From an uncultured candidate division Zixibacteria bacterium (GTDB taxonomy: Bacteria > Zixibacteria > MSB-5A5 > GN15 > FEB-12): DNA of 64,000 nt. Under the pieces are notes generated by a model. That model did not search any database. It saw only the letters and a program-made list of their open reading frames with translations, and had not been told where the DNA came from. The translations under genes were made by a program, and so were the position numbers. Shown here in pieces: positions 39,523 through 51,456 of this stretch; position 1 is the stretch's first letter; the number at the start of each line of letters is the position of its first letter. Location: the NCBI GenBank assembly GCA_963806185.1, contig CAWDXE010000003.1, positions 160,001 through 224,000 of the forward strand. The letters are read 5' to 3'.

Positions 39523-40665
39523 ATGAGATTTTGGATTTCGGCCGCAGTCGCGGCACTTTTGGCAATTGTGGTCATCGGATGCAGCAAAGATTCCGTCCCG
39601 AGTCCGGAACCGCCCGTGAGTACGGAACCGGCGGGCGATCTGTATGTGCTGAATCAGACTGACGGCACCATGTACGTGTACAACGCGCAGACGCTGCAGC
39701 GGACCGATTCGGTCAACAGCGTTGTCACGTCGCCGCACCACATCGAGTTCTCGCCATTGCACGACTATCTATACATTGTTGGGCGAACCACGCCAGGACA
39801 AATCGCCAAGTTCGGATTGACAGACCATGTGCTGGCCGGCTCGGTCACTCATCCCGGCACCCTCTTCCCCACGGCGATTGCGCTCGGGCCGACAGGCCAG
39901 GTGGGATATGTCTGTGACTTCAATGCCACGGGTATTACCCATATTCATCGATTGGACCTGGCGACGATGACGTTCGCCGATTCGCTTCTGCAGACCAACG
40001 GCGCGCAGACCCACGACATCAAGATCACCTCAGACGGGACGACGTTAATTGCCTGTAATTGGAAGTCGGATAATCTTGTAATGGTCAAGCTGGAGAGTTC
40101 GGCAATACCGGACGACGTCGACTCCCTCTTCTTCCCAGTCCTGCACCCGAATATTCCGGGCATTCCCAGGGCGACTCCGGTTTACGGCCCATACGGTGTG
40201 GCAATAGACCACAACGATTCGCTCGCCTATATCGCCTGTTACAACAGCGATGAAGTGAAAGTGCTGGACATCAAGACACGAACCGTGATCGACTCGATCG
40301 ACGTGCCGATCTCAGGCGGAACGCCGAACCAGCCATATGGTCCGTCTCTCGCTGTAGTCACACCGAACAATGCCAAACTGTACGTCACGACTCAGCTTGA
40401 GAATACGGTGGTGGTGATCAATCTGTTGACTCGCCAGATTGTAAAGTCAATACCGACTCCGGCCCGTCGCCCCTTCGGCATATCCGTATCCGATGACGGC
40501 TCCCGTGTGTATGTCGCGTGTGTGGGTGAAGAAGATCTCTCCGCGACCGATCGTCGCGGTCGTATCTATGTCATAAACACGACGACCGACGCGATCAAAG
40601 ACTCAATAATCGTGGGGTTGAATTCGTATATGGTTCACTATCACGATCCGTCGAGCCATCATTGA
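39523..40665 (+). CDS. YncE/YVTN-type beta-propeller lipoprotein
   Basis: Lipobox VIGC. Repeated blades PYGVAID...AYIAC, AVVTPNNAKLYVT, PFGISVSDDGSRVYVAC. Confidence 0.8.
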   Translation: MRFWISAAVAALLAIVVIGCSKDSVPSPEPPVSTEPAGDLYVLNQTDGTMYVYNAQTLQRTDSVNSVVTSPHHIEFSPLHDYLYIVGRTTPGQIAKFGLTDHVLAGSVTHPGTLFPTAIALGPTGQVGYVCDFNATGITHIHRLDLATMTFADSLLQTNGAQTHDIKITSDGTTLIACNWKSDNLVMVKLESSAIPDDVDSLFFPVLHPNIPGIPRATPVYGPYGVAIDHNDSLAYIACYNSDEVKVLDIKTRTVIDSIDVPISGGTPNQPYGPSLAVVTPNNAKLYVTTQLENTVVVINLLTRQIVKSIPTPARRPFGISVSDDGSRVYVACVGEEDLSATDRRGRIYVINTTTDAIKDSIIVGLNSYMVHYHDPSSHH

Positions 40666-40691
40666 ACACCCGTCGCTGACAACGCCTGAAA

Positions 40692-41456
40692 CTACCACTC
40701 GATCCGCATTCCGTCGTCGGCCAGTTCAATATTCTTCGCTCCGCTTATCCTGCGGCGTAGCTCGGCAAGCTCCTCGTCCGATCCCAGGTGCGTCAATATG
40801 ATTGTCGTGGCCGGAGACGATTGCGCATACTCCAGCACACTGGCAAGGTCAGTATGAGTCGTCTCAATCAGGCAGATATGCTGATTCTCGAGGTATGGCT
40901 CGATTTCGTCGAACGAACCGATGTCACCCGAATAGAACAATCGCTTCCCCCCTACCTCGATCGCCAGTGAGCTGCTCATCATCTCGTTCGGCAGTTCGGC
41001 CTCGGCAATATCCTCGGCGTATTTCTCCAAGTGTGAATTCGGGATCGCGATGACCGTATACGGTTCGCGCAGTATCCCGCCCGGCATGTACCCGGTGGTC
41101 ACCAGGGAAAACGTCAAGCGCGAGGGCAGGATATACATGGCATTCAGCATGGCATTGAGCGGCTCGAGAAACTCCTCGGGGACATGAATACTGACGGGCG
41201 CCGTACGCCTCGCCAAGTGAATCATTTGAATAAAGAGCGGCAGTTCGCAGCAATGATCAGGGTGCGTGTGCGAGATAAAGATCCGATCAATTCGGGCAGG
41301 GTCGAAACCGCAACGCAGGAACGAGCCGACAGTGGAGCCGCCGCAATCGATGACAGTCAGACCCAGCGGAGTTTCGATGACGTAGCCGGCGGTGGCTCGG
41401 GCAACTTGCGGGATCCCGGAAGAGGAACCGAGAACAGTGAGGGCGTATTCGGCCAT
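40692..41456 (-). CDS. metallo-beta-lactamase fold hydrolase (RNase Z-like)
   Basis: LTVLGSSSGIP, VIDCGG, ISHTHPDH, YSGD, LIETTH, ILTH. Confidence 0.82.
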   Translation of the reverse strand: MAEYALTVLGSSSGIPQVARATAGYVIETPLGLTVIDCGGSTVGSFLRCGFDPARIDRIFISHTHPDHCCELPLFIQMIHLARRTAPVSIHVPEEFLEPLNAMLNAMYILPSRLTFSLVTTGYMPGGILREPYTVIAIPNSHLEKYAEDIAEAELPNEMMSSSLAIEVGGKRLFYSGDIGSFDEIEPYLENQHICLIETTHTDLASVLEYAQSSPATTIILTHLGSDEELAELRRRISGAKNIELADDGMRIEW

Positions 41457-41474
41457 GTTGTTAAGTCCGACCGA

Positions 41475-42503
41475 TCAAGTGAACAACTGTTCGAGACGTT
41501 CAAGCGCTTCGAGACAAGTCTCGCGGCTGACGTCCAGGTGGGTGACAAAGCGAATCCGCTTCGGCCCGAATGGAACGGCCCAAACGTTTACGGAATGCAT
41601 CTGCTTTAAATACGATTCAGCAGAGGCATCCTTGGTGATGTCAGCCAGGACGATGTTCGTCTGAACGCGAGTCATATCCACCTTGAAACAGGGGAGCTGG
41701 TTGAGTCCGTCAGCGAGAACCCGGGCGTTGGCATGGTCCTCAGCCAGACGGCCGATGTTGTTCTTGACTGCGAACAGTCCGCCGGCGGCGATAATGCCCG
41801 CCTGGCGCATGCCGCCGCCGAACAACTTGCGTTCGTGGCGCACTTGCGCGATGAATTGCCGTGAACCGACCACCATAGAGCCCACAGGCGCGCCCAGTCC
41901 TTTGGAAAGACAACATGAAATGGTATGGAATGGTCTGGTCAGTTCAGGAAGGGAAATGCCGGTTGCCACGTGCGCATTCCAGATACGTGCCCCGTCGAGG
42001 TGCAAATGGAGTCCGAGTTCGTCGCAGACGGTCCGGACCTTCCTGATTTCGTCGAGCGGCAGGATCGTGCCGCCATGGTGATTATGCGTGTTCTCGAGCG
42101 TGACGATCTTGGTCTCCGGGACGTGTACATTTTTGGCCCGGACGTTCTCGCGCACCATTTGGGCCGTTACCATGCCATAGTCGGTTGTCAGCAGATTTAC
42201 CAGGAGACCAGAATGGACAGCCGGTCCGGCACATTCATAACACACGAGATGGGATTCCCGATCGCAGAGCAGCTCCCATCCCGGTTGCGAGATGGCTTTA
42301 AGGCTGATCTGGTTGCCCATCGTACCCGAGGGCACATACACCGCCGCCTCCCGCTCAAAGAGCTTTGCGACGTAGGATTCGAGTTCAATGACGGTCGGGT
42401 CGTCACCAAACACGTCATCGCCGACTTCCGCGTTGGCCATTGCCTTCCGCATGTCCGGAGTGGGACGCGTCACCGTGTCGGAACGGAGATCAATAACTTT
42501 CAT
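41475..42503 (-). CDS. ltaE: low-specificity L-threonine aldolase
   Basis: [56 protein letters not shown]. Confidence 0.93.
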   Translation of the reverse strand: MKVIDLRSDTVTRPTPDMRKAMANAEVGDDVFGDDPTVIELESYVAKLFEREAAVYVPSGTMGNQISLKAISQPGWELLCDRESHLVCYECAGPAVHSGLLVNLLTTDYGMVTAQMVRENVRAKNVHVPETKIVTLENTHNHHGGTILPLDEIRKVRTVCDELGLHLHLDGARIWNAHVATGISLPELTRPFHTISCCLSKGLGAPVGSMVVGSRQFIAQVRHERKLFGGGMRQAGIIAAGGLFAVKNNIGRLAEDHANARVLADGLNQLPCFKVDMTRVQTNIVLADITKDASAESYLKQMHSVNVWAVPFGPKRIRFVTHLDVSRETCLEALERLEQLFT

Positions 42504-42554
42504 AGGGAGTCAATATACGAAAAACGAGCGGGCCGGCATATGACGTTACCGAGG

Positions 42555-42593
42555 AAAAAGAAAAGCTGCCGGGGTGGGACCGAGGCAGCTTTT
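42555..42593 (-). terminator. intrinsic terminator after the cold-shock gene
   Basis: AAAGCTGCC...GGCAGCTTT stem with a T-rich tail. Confidence 0.75.
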
Positions 42594-42614
42594 CCGAATT
42601 TGGCGAGCGTGAAA

Positions 42615-42821
42615 TCAGTTGGCCAGAGTGACGTTTTGAGCGCGGGGGCCCTGGTCGCCGGAGGTTACCTCAAACATGACCTCCTGGCCCTCCTTCAACG
42701 TCTTGAAACCATTCATATTGATTGCGGAGTGGTGGACGTAGACGTCCTGGTCGGTGTCGGATGCGGCGATAATGCCCCAACCTTTGTGCTCGTTAAAGTA
42801 CTTCACCGTGCCCTTGGACAT
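42615..42821 (-). CDS. cold-shock protein
   Basis: [18 protein letters not shown]...DVYVHHSAI...[19 protein letters not shown]. Confidence 0.92.
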   Translation of the reverse strand: MSKGTVKYFNEHKGWGIIAASDTDQDVYVHHSAINMNGFKTLKEGQEVMFEVTSGDQGPRAQNVTLAN

Positions 42822-42925
42822 GCAGACACCTCCATGCAATATGGTTGAGCTCTACGGATTGAATTTTCGTCTTCCTAATAATTATACGAGAATGGACGGG
42901 GGTGAGCCACAGAATTTTGTCAAAC

Positions 42926-43543
42926 TTAGAACACTTTTTGAAGAATAGTCATGGCGAGGCCGGAAACCAGGGGAACCGACAGATTGTCATCGATTTTGAG
43001 TGAGAACGCTTCGGTCAAAGTGGCCACACAGGCACCGATCAGGCCAACTGCAAGCGAAAGATTTGGCACGACCATAGCTACAATCATTGTTCCGGCCAAA
43101 CAACCCAGAGAACCCTCAATGGTTTTTCGACCGCCGAAACGGTGTCGCCCGAATTTTCGACCTATGACGGCTGCAAAAGAGTCACCAACTATTATAAACG
43201 CAAGGGCGGCAATGGCTATCGGTTTGGAAAACAATGCGACGGCCAGGCAAACGGCGATCAGAATATAGGTCGCGCCGGTAAAATCACCCTGATCCTCATG
43301 GGGACGAACCATGGCCGAGAAGAATCGCCGGGCAAATTTTTCCCAGAAATTCCAGTGGCGCAACCTTGAAATGTCGATGAAAATCATCACGAGGGTAAGC
43401 GGCACCATTATTGTCAGCATTGTGCCCCTGGAAAGACCCAGAATGTAATACCCCGCGGGAATCGACAGCGCCACCATGTGGGTGGCCTTTCGCCAAAGTT
43501 CCTGTGAAAACGGAATCTCAGCAGAACGTGTTGGCGACTCCAT
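42926..43543 (-). CDS. SEC59/DGK1/VTE5 family (dolichol/phytol kinase-like) membrane protein
   Basis: ELWRKATH, VGDSFAAVIGRKFG, KTIEGSL, IDDNLSVP. Confidence 0.82.
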   Translation of the reverse strand: MESPTRSAEIPFSQELWRKATHMVALSIPAGYYILGLSRGTMLTIMVPLTLVMIFIDISRLRHWNFWEKFARRFFSAMVRPHEDQGDFTGATYILIAVCLAVALFSKPIAIAALAFIIVGDSFAAVIGRKFGRHRFGGRKTIEGSLGCLAGTMIVAMVVPNLSLAVGLIGACVATLTEAFSLKIDDNLSVPLVSGLAMTILQKVF

Positions 43544-43550
43544 CGGCTTC

Positions 43551-45338
43551 TTACTTGCCGCCGAGGTGATCGGCATTTCTTATGCGATAGGGTTTCAGGG
43601 TGAGCAACTCCACTGTATTAACGAACCGCACGCCATATGTCCGATAGAGATCGTCACGAAATTTCTGCCACACTTGCCGGCGGTGTTGTTGCTCGAGGCG
43701 AACACGGATATCGCCCTTGGAACCGAGGACATTCCGCGTTGCGATCCGATCATGTACCTTCGCAACATAGAATTCGTTCTTGATGCGGAAGACAGAAGAT
43801 ACTTTGCCCGGCTCAATACCGAGAACGGCCAACCAATATGCCCTGGGAACATCCTTCTCGCCGATCCGTCGGAGACCGGACAACTTGACTTTGGCACCCG
43901 GGTTTACGGCGTCGAGGAACTCCTTCTTTGTGAAGTCCTCAAACGGGACTCCGCTGTTGGCCTGATCTTTGAGAAAGATGGCAAACATGGAGTCCTTTAC
44001 CACAACTTGTTGCACAGTAATGGGTTTGTTGACGTCGATCGAGCTCGATTCTTGCTTGTAAATTCGTTCGATCGTGGAATCATCGGGTGTCCAGTTGAAA
44101 TCCTGCCCTCGTCTGTTAATGATCTCCCGCGAGGTATTCTGATGCAATTGCCGTTCGTAAGCGGCCACCTGGGGAATCGCCGTGACACCCATGTCTTCCG
44201 CAGCCTGTGCGAGCAGATACCGCTGCGCCATGAGTCGCAGGGCATCTTTCTTCATCTCCGCAGTGAAACTGGGAATGTCATTCTGCAGACGCATCCCCTG
44301 TTCGAATTGTTTCATCTCCCAGGCATACATGGTATCACGTTGGTTAACAATGCCCACCCAGACGGTGTCGTCGACAGTATTAATGTCGCTCTCCATAATG
44401 GCCGGGTTTTCAGAGATGGTAGCCACCTGGTACAAGCTGTCGACGAAATGGTCCCCGCGCTGATTGGAGCGCAAGGTGAGCAGACTCGATCGGGCCATAT
44501 CATACACAAAGGGCGAATCGATCGGCAATATGCCGCCCTGAATGCGGCCTTCGACAAGTACCATATGCCAGCCATCCTGGTCATGGTACGGCTGCGAGAA
44601 TTCTCCACTCTTGAGTGAAAACGCGACAGAGTCAAACGGGTCGAGATACTTGCCGCGCGGCGTCCAGCCGACAAAGCCGCTCTTTTTGGCGGACAAGATG
44701 TCGTGAGAATAGAGGAAGGCAAGATTCTTGAATGACTCGCCATATTGGAGGGCTCGATAAAGATTCCAGACCAATTCGCGAGCGTCATTCGCAATCTGGT
44801 CTTTGTTGTGCGTTCGATTGTAAATCGAATCCGATTTGGCGATGAGCCCCTTGGGGCTGATCAGAATGTGCCAGAGCTTGACCTGTTCTTCGGCCGTGAA
44901 CAGCTCCGTATTATCGTGGAAGAATTTCAGCACTTCCATCGAATCGGCCTGGGTCTTGCCCATGACCTCCTGGAGAACCAGAGCCTGAATGACCGAATCA
45001 AAAAGCTGGTGCCGGTAGTCACGGTAATCCAGCCGGTACTGGCGGATGTTCACCTTGGGTGCTTCGAGCGCGACCAGGGAGTCTACGACGATGCTGTCGA
45101 TGACTTGCTTCGCGCCATCGGCATTAAGGATTCCGCCCTCGAGCAACATTCGACTTCTCGAGATTTGTCGATAGATCTGGCCTACGGTGAAGGTGAGATT
45201 CGCGTCGCCGACTACCAGTGGCTGGCTGGCGAGTTTGTCGATAGTCTCATCAGTGAGCTTGAGCGACTTGGCGAATGTCGGAAGAGCCCCCGTCACAACG
45301 AAAAATACAATAGCTATCCAGCGCGCCGTCCGAATCAT
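43551..45338 (-). CDS. parvulin (PpiC)-type periplasmic peptidyl-prolyl isomerase/chaperone (SurA/PrsA-like)
   Basis: Signal peptide, WHILIS...SFKNLAFLYSHD...SGFVGW...FDSVAFSLKSGEFSQP, plus a second degenerate parvulin domain. Confidence 0.8.
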   Translation of the reverse strand: MIRTARWIAIVFFVVTGALPTFAKSLKLTDETIDKLASQPLVVGDANLTFTVGQIYRQISRSRMLLEGGILNADGAKQVIDSIVVDSLVALEAPKVNIRQYRLDYRDYRHQLFDSVIQALVLQEVMGKTQADSMEVLKFFHDNTELFTAEEQVKLWHILISPKGLIAKSDSIYNRTHNKDQIANDARELVWNLYRALQYGESFKNLAFLYSHDILSAKKSGFVGWTPRGKYLDPFDSVAFSLKSGEFSQPYHDQDGWHMVLVEGRIQGGILPIDSPFVYDMARSSLLTLRSNQRGDHFVDSLYQVATISENPAIMESDINTVDDTVWVGIVNQRDTMYAWEMKQFEQGMRLQNDIPSFTAEMKKDALRLMAQRYLLAQAAEDMGVTAIPQVAAYERQLHQNTSREIINRRGQDFNWTPDDSTIERIYKQESSSIDVNKPITVQQVVVKDSMFAIFLKDQANSGVPFEDFTKKEFLDAVNPGAKVKLSGLRRIGEKDVPRAYWLAVLGIEPGKVSSVFRIKNEFYVAKVHDRIATRNVLGSKGDIRVRLEQQHRRQVWQKFRDDLYRTYGVRFVNTVELLTLKPYRIRNADHLGGK

Positions 45339-45414
45339 CCTATATACCTCCAGTGCGTAAGTTGAGATATATTATACGCGCGACGGGAAAAAGCAAGCCA
45401 AATCAATCTGGCGC

Positions 45415-47118
45415 TTAGACTTGGATCATGGATGATCTGATCAGCGGCTCGCGGTCGGCATCATCTTCAGTCGGCTGTTCCCGAAAACGAACGGAGAAAG
45501 TCGTTCCTGCACCTTCAGTTGAATCAACTGTCATCGTCAATTTCAGGATCGAGCAGATGCGATGGACAATGGACAGGCCCAGACCTGTCCCTTGTTTCTT
45601 GGTTGAGAAGAACGGCTGAAAGATGCGCTCCTGGATGTTCGCTGGAATGCCCGGTCCGTTGTCAGCCACCGACAACAGCACAATGCCGTCCCGGCCACTG
45701 ATAGAAAACGTCACCTCGCCCGGCCGACCGTCAAACGCCTCAGAGGCATTGAAGGCCAGATTCACCAGGAGTTGCTTGATCAGGTCCTCGTCTCCCACGA
45801 CATAAACGTAAGCTTCGCGGCTGTCAAAGCGGACCTCTACTGTCTCGCGATACGCCTGGTGATTTCTAATGAGATCGATGACATCGCTGACAACATGGCA
45901 CAGTTCGACCTTGCAATAGGCAGGGCGACTTATCCGCGCATAGGTAAGGAAGTCAGTGAGGATCTTCGAGAGGCGATGAGACTCCTTGACGATCAGTTCC
46001 ATCAAGCGGGCGTTGGCGTCAGAGACCTGGAGGTCGGAACGCAGGACCTCCACCGATCCTGAAATGGCCGCCAACGGATTTCGGATTTCATGAGCGATCG
46101 ACGCGGACAATTCACCGACAGCCGCGAGTCGATCGGCGGCTCGAACCTGGTTCTCAAGAACTTTGGCGGCGGTAAGATCGGAGAAAATGGCAATGACACC
46201 GCGCAGTTCAAGATCTTCATCGCGAAGCACGGAGGTGGAAATGCCGAGCGGAATCACCGTGCCCCTCCGGTCGACAATCTCCAATTCGCGGCGGGGGTGT
46301 TCGATGCCGTACAGCAGTCCCTGGAGAAGGGCTTCGGCGAGACGAGGCATCCGTTCAGCAAAGACTTCGTCGCAGCGCAGTCCTTTGACCCGTTCCTCTT
46401 CATAACCCAGAATCTTCTCGGCGGCACGATTGAAGTAGATGATGCAACCTTGCGGATCGAGCGTGAGCAGACCTGAATTGAGATGGCGCAGAATGTCGTC
46501 AGTTTCCAGCCGTGCCCGTCGCAATGCCTGTGACGCGTCGGCCAGTTTCTTATCCTGGGTTGACAATCGTTCGGCCAGGTATCCCGAAATGAAGGCCACG
46601 AGATAGAAAATCAAAACGTGCAGGAAGATAGAATAGAGGACGGCATCCTCGCTTTTGACGAAACGGGCGATAGCCTGGAGAGTCACTTCAGAACCCAGTT
46701 GACCGGAGGCAACTCCGAACCAGACGATGCCGGCAAATCCGACGGAGACGATCGAAGCAATGATAAGTGTGCCCACCAGACGGTACGCGAGCCCGGCTGA
46801 CACGATCGTCAAAATGAAGAGTGCCGAGAACGGGGAGTTGATGCCACCCGTGGTGTAGATGATGCTGGATTCAATGACAATTTCGAGCAGAAACTGCAGC
46901 GAGACAACCAGCGTCAGAGTCCGGGGCGTCCGGACACGACGCTCAGAGAGATGAGCGTGGCCAACGCCAGCGTGATCAGAGAATAGGCGGTCAGTGGTGT
47001 CTGGAGGGCTTCGCGGGAAATTAAGCCAGAAGGCGACCACAGCCAGGACTATGACGTACGACGCCAGTCGGAGAGGAAGGAACCAGCCTACTTGTTTCAG
47101 TCGATCGTACGTTGCCTA
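45415..47118 (-). CDS. pilS: PilS-like PAS sensor histidine kinase (5' part disturbed by indels; start uncertain)
   Basis: IYTTGGINSPFSALF, FYLVAFISGYL, PAS domain, H-box SIAHEIRNPL, DNGPGI, FFSTKKQGTGLGL. Directly after pilC. Confidence 0.8.
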
Positions 47119-47120
47119 AT

Positions 47121-47153
47121 CAAGAAACGGCGCCCGCGAGAGGCGCCGTTCTT
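47121..47153 (-). terminator. hairpin between pilC and pilS
   Basis: AACGGCGCC-TCTCGCG-GGCGCCGTT followed by TCTT. Confidence 0.55.
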
Positions 47154-47204
47154 CTTACGTTTAGTCTCCGGCCACTCGCGGCCGGCCGGGTGACGCAGGA
47201 CCGA

Positions 47205-48412
47205 TCAGATCTTGCCGATGATATCGAACATCGGCAGAGTACATCGCCACCAGAATGCCGCCAATGACGGCGCCCATGAAGACGATGATGACCGGCTCGA
47301 TGATGGACGTCAGACGCGGTCACGGCTTCGTTGACTTCTTCATCGTAGAAATCGGCGATCTTGTTGAGCATGTCGTCCAGACCGCCGGTCTTTTCACCGA
47401 CGCCGATCATCTGAGTCACCATCGGGCGGGAACACCCCGGTCTCTTTCAGCGGGCCGGTAATCGTATCACCTTCGGCGATGGCCAGCACCGACTTGTTGA
47501 TGGCGTTCGCGACCACCAGGTTGCCCGCGGTCTTCGCCGTGATCTCCAGCGCCTCGAGAATCGATACACCCGACGCCAGCAACGTGGACAGCGTGCGGGT
47601 AAACCGGGCCACCGACGATTTGCGAACCAAGGTTGCCGAACACCGGGGTCCGAAGCAGGAATTTGTCAAAGAGGAGCGCTCCCTGCGGCGTCCGTCTTCC
47701 ACCAGATAAAGGCACGATGATCAGCGCGATCAAGTCCCAACCCCATGTAACAGGATGTTGTGCTGGAGAAAATTCGGAAATGTCCATGACGACCTTGGTC
47801 GGCGCCGGCAGGTCGGCACCGACGCCCTCGAACATCTTGGCGAATACCGGCACGATGAACGTCAGCATGGCAAACGTGACACCCATCGCCACGATCATGA
47901 CGACCGTCGGGTAGACCATGGCCCCTTTCACCTTGCGGATCAACTGATCGGCCTTTTCGCGGTACACCGCCAGACGCACCAGAATTGCGTCAAGGGCGCC
48001 GCCGATTTCGCCTGCCTCCACCATGTTGGTGTACAGTTGATCGAAGATCTTCGGATGACGGGCCATGGCGTCGGATAAGGTCGAACCGCCCTGCACGCCG
48101 TCCTTCACGTTGGCGATGATCTTGGCCAATTCCTTATTCTCTGTCTGCGTGGACAGAATATCGAGGCACTGCACCATGGGCAAGACCGGCGCCGATCATG
48201 GTGGCAAACTGGCGGGTGAAACGGGAGATCTCGATACGTTTGATACCCGTGCCGAACTTGATGTAGATCTCCGCGGCCTTCTTGTTGATCTGTGAGACCA
48301 GGATCCGGTTCTGTCGCAGCACCCGTTCGACATCGGCCCGGCTGTTGGCCTTAAGCGAACCCTGCACCGCAGCCCCGGCTAGTGTCTTTCCCTTGTATTC
48401 AAATACTGGCAT
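47205..48412 (-). CDS. pilC: type IV pilus inner-membrane platform protein (at least 4 apparent indels)
   Basis: [70 protein letters not shown], spread over frames. Confidence 0.88.
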
Positions 48413-48437
48413 CGCTATGATCCTTTCCTATCCGACC

Positions 48438-49518
48438 TCACGCGTACGACGGCTGCTTCTGCCGCGACAGCATCTCAGACAATTCTTCAGCGTTATGGGT
48501 ATACGCCATGGCGTCATTGATGGTGATCTTACCGCTCGTGTACAATTCGGCCAGCGACTGATTCATGGTCTTCATGCCGTACTTCTGCCCCGACTGGATC
48601 ATCGAATACAACTGATGAATTTTGTCGTCGCGAATGATGGCTCGGATGGCCGGGGTGACAATCATAATCTCCATCGCCATCACCCGGCCGCCGCCGATTT
48701 TCGGGATCAGCGCCTGCGAAACGACCGCCTGCAACGAAAACGAGAGGGCGACACGCACCTGCTCCTGCTGGTTGGTCGGGAAGACGTCGACGATACGGTT
48801 GATCGTCTCGGCGCACGAGTTGGTATGCAGAGTCGCAAACGCCAGGTGACCGGTCTCCGAAATCGACAAGCGCTGCCTCGATCGTCTCCAGATCGCGCAT
48901 TTCGCCGACGAGCACGACGTCCGGGATCTTCACGCAGCGCATACTTGAGCGCCGCGGCGAACGAGTTGGTGTCGGAATGAACTTCGCGCTGATTGACGAG
49001 GGCCATCTGGTGACGGTGCAGATATTCGATGGGATCTTCCACCGTCAGAATATGCACCGGCCGTTCCTTGTTGATCTTGTCGATAATCGCCGCGAGCGTC
49101 GTGGATTTACCCGATCCGGTCGGACCGGTGACCAGTACCAGGCCGCGCGGAAGACGGGAAAATTCGGCGATGACCTTCGGAAAGGCCGAGTTCTTCAAAC
49201 GTGCGCACCTTGTACGGGAATCTGCCGAAGAGCGATGGCGATGTTACCGCGCTGCATGAACATGTTCGCGCGGAAACGGCTCATTTGCTCGATACCAAAC
49301 GAGAAATCGAGCTCGCTGTTCTGTTCGAATTTGAGCTTCTGTTTGTCGTTCAGCATGGAGTAGGCAATCTTCTTGGTCTGCTCGCCGGTGAGCGCGTCAT
49401 AGTTCATGCGCACCAGTTTGCCGTCGACGCGAACGACCGGCGGCGAACCGACCGTGATATGCAGATCGGACGCGTTCATCTTCACCATTTGTTCGAGCAA
49501 TTCACGAAAAGTGACCAT
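48438..49518 (-). CDS. pilT: type IV pilus retraction ATPase (3 apparent indels)
   Basis: ASDLHITVGSPP, GPTGSGKSTT, EDPIEY, DVVLVGEMRD, ETGHLAFATLHT, AIRAIIRD (AIRNLIRE-like), GMKTMNQSL. Confidence 0.9.
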
Positions 49519-49578
49519 TATTAACTCCCGATGACTAGCGTACTTACAATGTTTCCCGAGGAATCAGCTTTAGTCCTG

Positions 49579-49606
49579 TTATCGGTCAAAACGCGGGAAA
49601 ACTTGA
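49579..49606 (-). promoter_or_regulatory. putative sigma28 (FliA/WhiG)-like promoter for pilT-pilC
   Basis: TCAAG-N15-ACCGATAA versus consensus TAAA-N15-GCCGATAA. Confidence 0.6.
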
Positions 49607-49685
49607 CCGAAATCCTTACGGTCAATGCAGATACCAGTTTGGTGGATATGGGAAAAGGCTCGGGCGCGGGGCCCGGCAATGCGGG

Positions 49686-51391
49686 TTAGGCCGAGGTAAC
49701 GGCGAAGACCTCTTCAATAGTCACAAATCCGGCCTTCATCTTCTCCACCGCCGCCTCGCGAAGGGTAGCACATGCCCTCCTTGCTGGGCCAGCACCCGAA
49801 GTCTCGGTATCGGGGGCCTTGTTCAGAATGGCGGCTTCAATAGCCGAGGTGATCGGCATGACCTCGAAGACACCGGTACGGCCGGCTTTGCCGGTGCCGC
49901 CACATTCGGCGCAGCCGCGGCCGACGAAGGCCCGGATATTGCGCAGCAGCTCCGGTCCAACCTTGAGGCTCTCCACCTGCTCCTGGCGTCAGGTTGATCT
50001 CTTCTTTGCAGCTCTGACAAATCTTGCGCATCATACGCTGAGCCATGATCAACTTGGTCGCCGACGCAACGAGGTAGTACGGGATGCCCATGTCGATCAG
50101 TCGAGTGACCGACGACGGCGCGTCGTTGGTGTGCAGAGTGGAAAACACCAAGTGTCCGGTCAGCGCCGCCTTGATGGCGATTTCCGCCGTTTCGCTATCA
50201 CGAATCTCACCGACCATGATGATGTCCGGGTCCTGTCGCAAGAACGACCGAAGCGCGGACGCAAAGGTCAGGCCGATTTCGGCTCTTGACCGCCACCTGG
50301 TTGATGCCCTCGAAGTTGAACTCGACCGGGTCTTCGGCGGTCATGATGTTGACATCAATCGTATTCAGCGTCTGGAGCGCCGAGTACAGGGTCGTCGTCT
50401 TACCCGAACCGGTCGGGCCGGTCACCAGAACGATGCCGAACGGCGAATGGATCTTTTCGTCGAACTTCTTCAGATCCTGTTCCCGGAATCCGAGTTTGGT
50501 CATATCGACCTTCAGGGCCATCGGGTCCAGAATTCGCATCACGACCTTTTCGCCGAAGATGGTCGGCAGGACCGAAACGCGCAAGGTCGACGGTTCGCTG
50601 CGTGCACTTTGACTTTGATGCGTCCGTCCTGCGGCAGGCGTCGCTCGGAGATATCCAGCTCGGCCATAATCTTGATACGAGAGACAATGGCGGCGCGATA
50701 CTTGAACGGCAGCGGCGCCATCTCGCGCAGGTCGCCGTCGATACGATAACGCACGCGGATGCGCTTTTCATACATCTCGAAGTGAATATCCGATGCCCCC
50801 ATCCGGATGGCGTCGGCAATGATCGAGTCGACCAGCTTGACAAGCGGCTTGTCCTGAATCTGGGAGAGCAGATCGCTCTCGTTGACGATCTCTTCGGTGG
50901 CCACAACTTCGAGATCATCGTCTCCGTCTTCCAGACCCTTGACGATATCGGACATCTGGCTCGGCGGACCCGTAGTACGCCTCGATCGCCTTGTCGATCG
51001 CCTTTTCCGGGGAGATCACCGGCTGAATGGTGCAGCCGGTGATGAACTTGATGGCGTCGAGAACGTAGATGTTGTTCGGGTCGGAGATCGCGACGAGCAG
51101 CGTCTTCGCCAGCTTGGAGATGGCGATGACCTTGAATTTGCGGGCGATATCGAGCGGGATCAGCTTGACGATTTCCGGATTCAGTTCGACGTCGGAAAGC
51201 CGGAGCGTGCCGATTTTCAGGTGCTTGCCGACAAACTGCGACACTTCCTCCTCAGTGGTGAAAGCTCCCATCTGCACGAGCACCGTCTCGAGCTTCTCTT
51301 TCTTCTCTTTGACGAGATTAAGCGCCTTTTCGGCTTGTTCCGGGGAGATCTTCCCGGCTTGTACCAAAACGGAGCTGAGTTCGGTCGACAT
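49686..51391 (-). CDS. pilB: type IV pilus extension ATPase (at least 4 apparent indels)
   Basis: [62 protein letters not shown]...CAEC Zn motif. Confidence 0.9.
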
Positions 51392-51456
51392 CGTTTACAA
51401 ACCCTCTGGCCCTGTGCGGGACGAGACACCTCCGGCCGCAAGCCGGAGCGACGGTG

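Noticed and set aside
43476..44618. 380-aa plus-strand ORF, and similar long antisense ORFs such as 10405-11424, 14981-15793, 20915-21772, 41925-42848, 58523-59353
   Set aside because: They lie opposite well-supported genes and lack motifs; long shadow ORFs are expected at this GC content.
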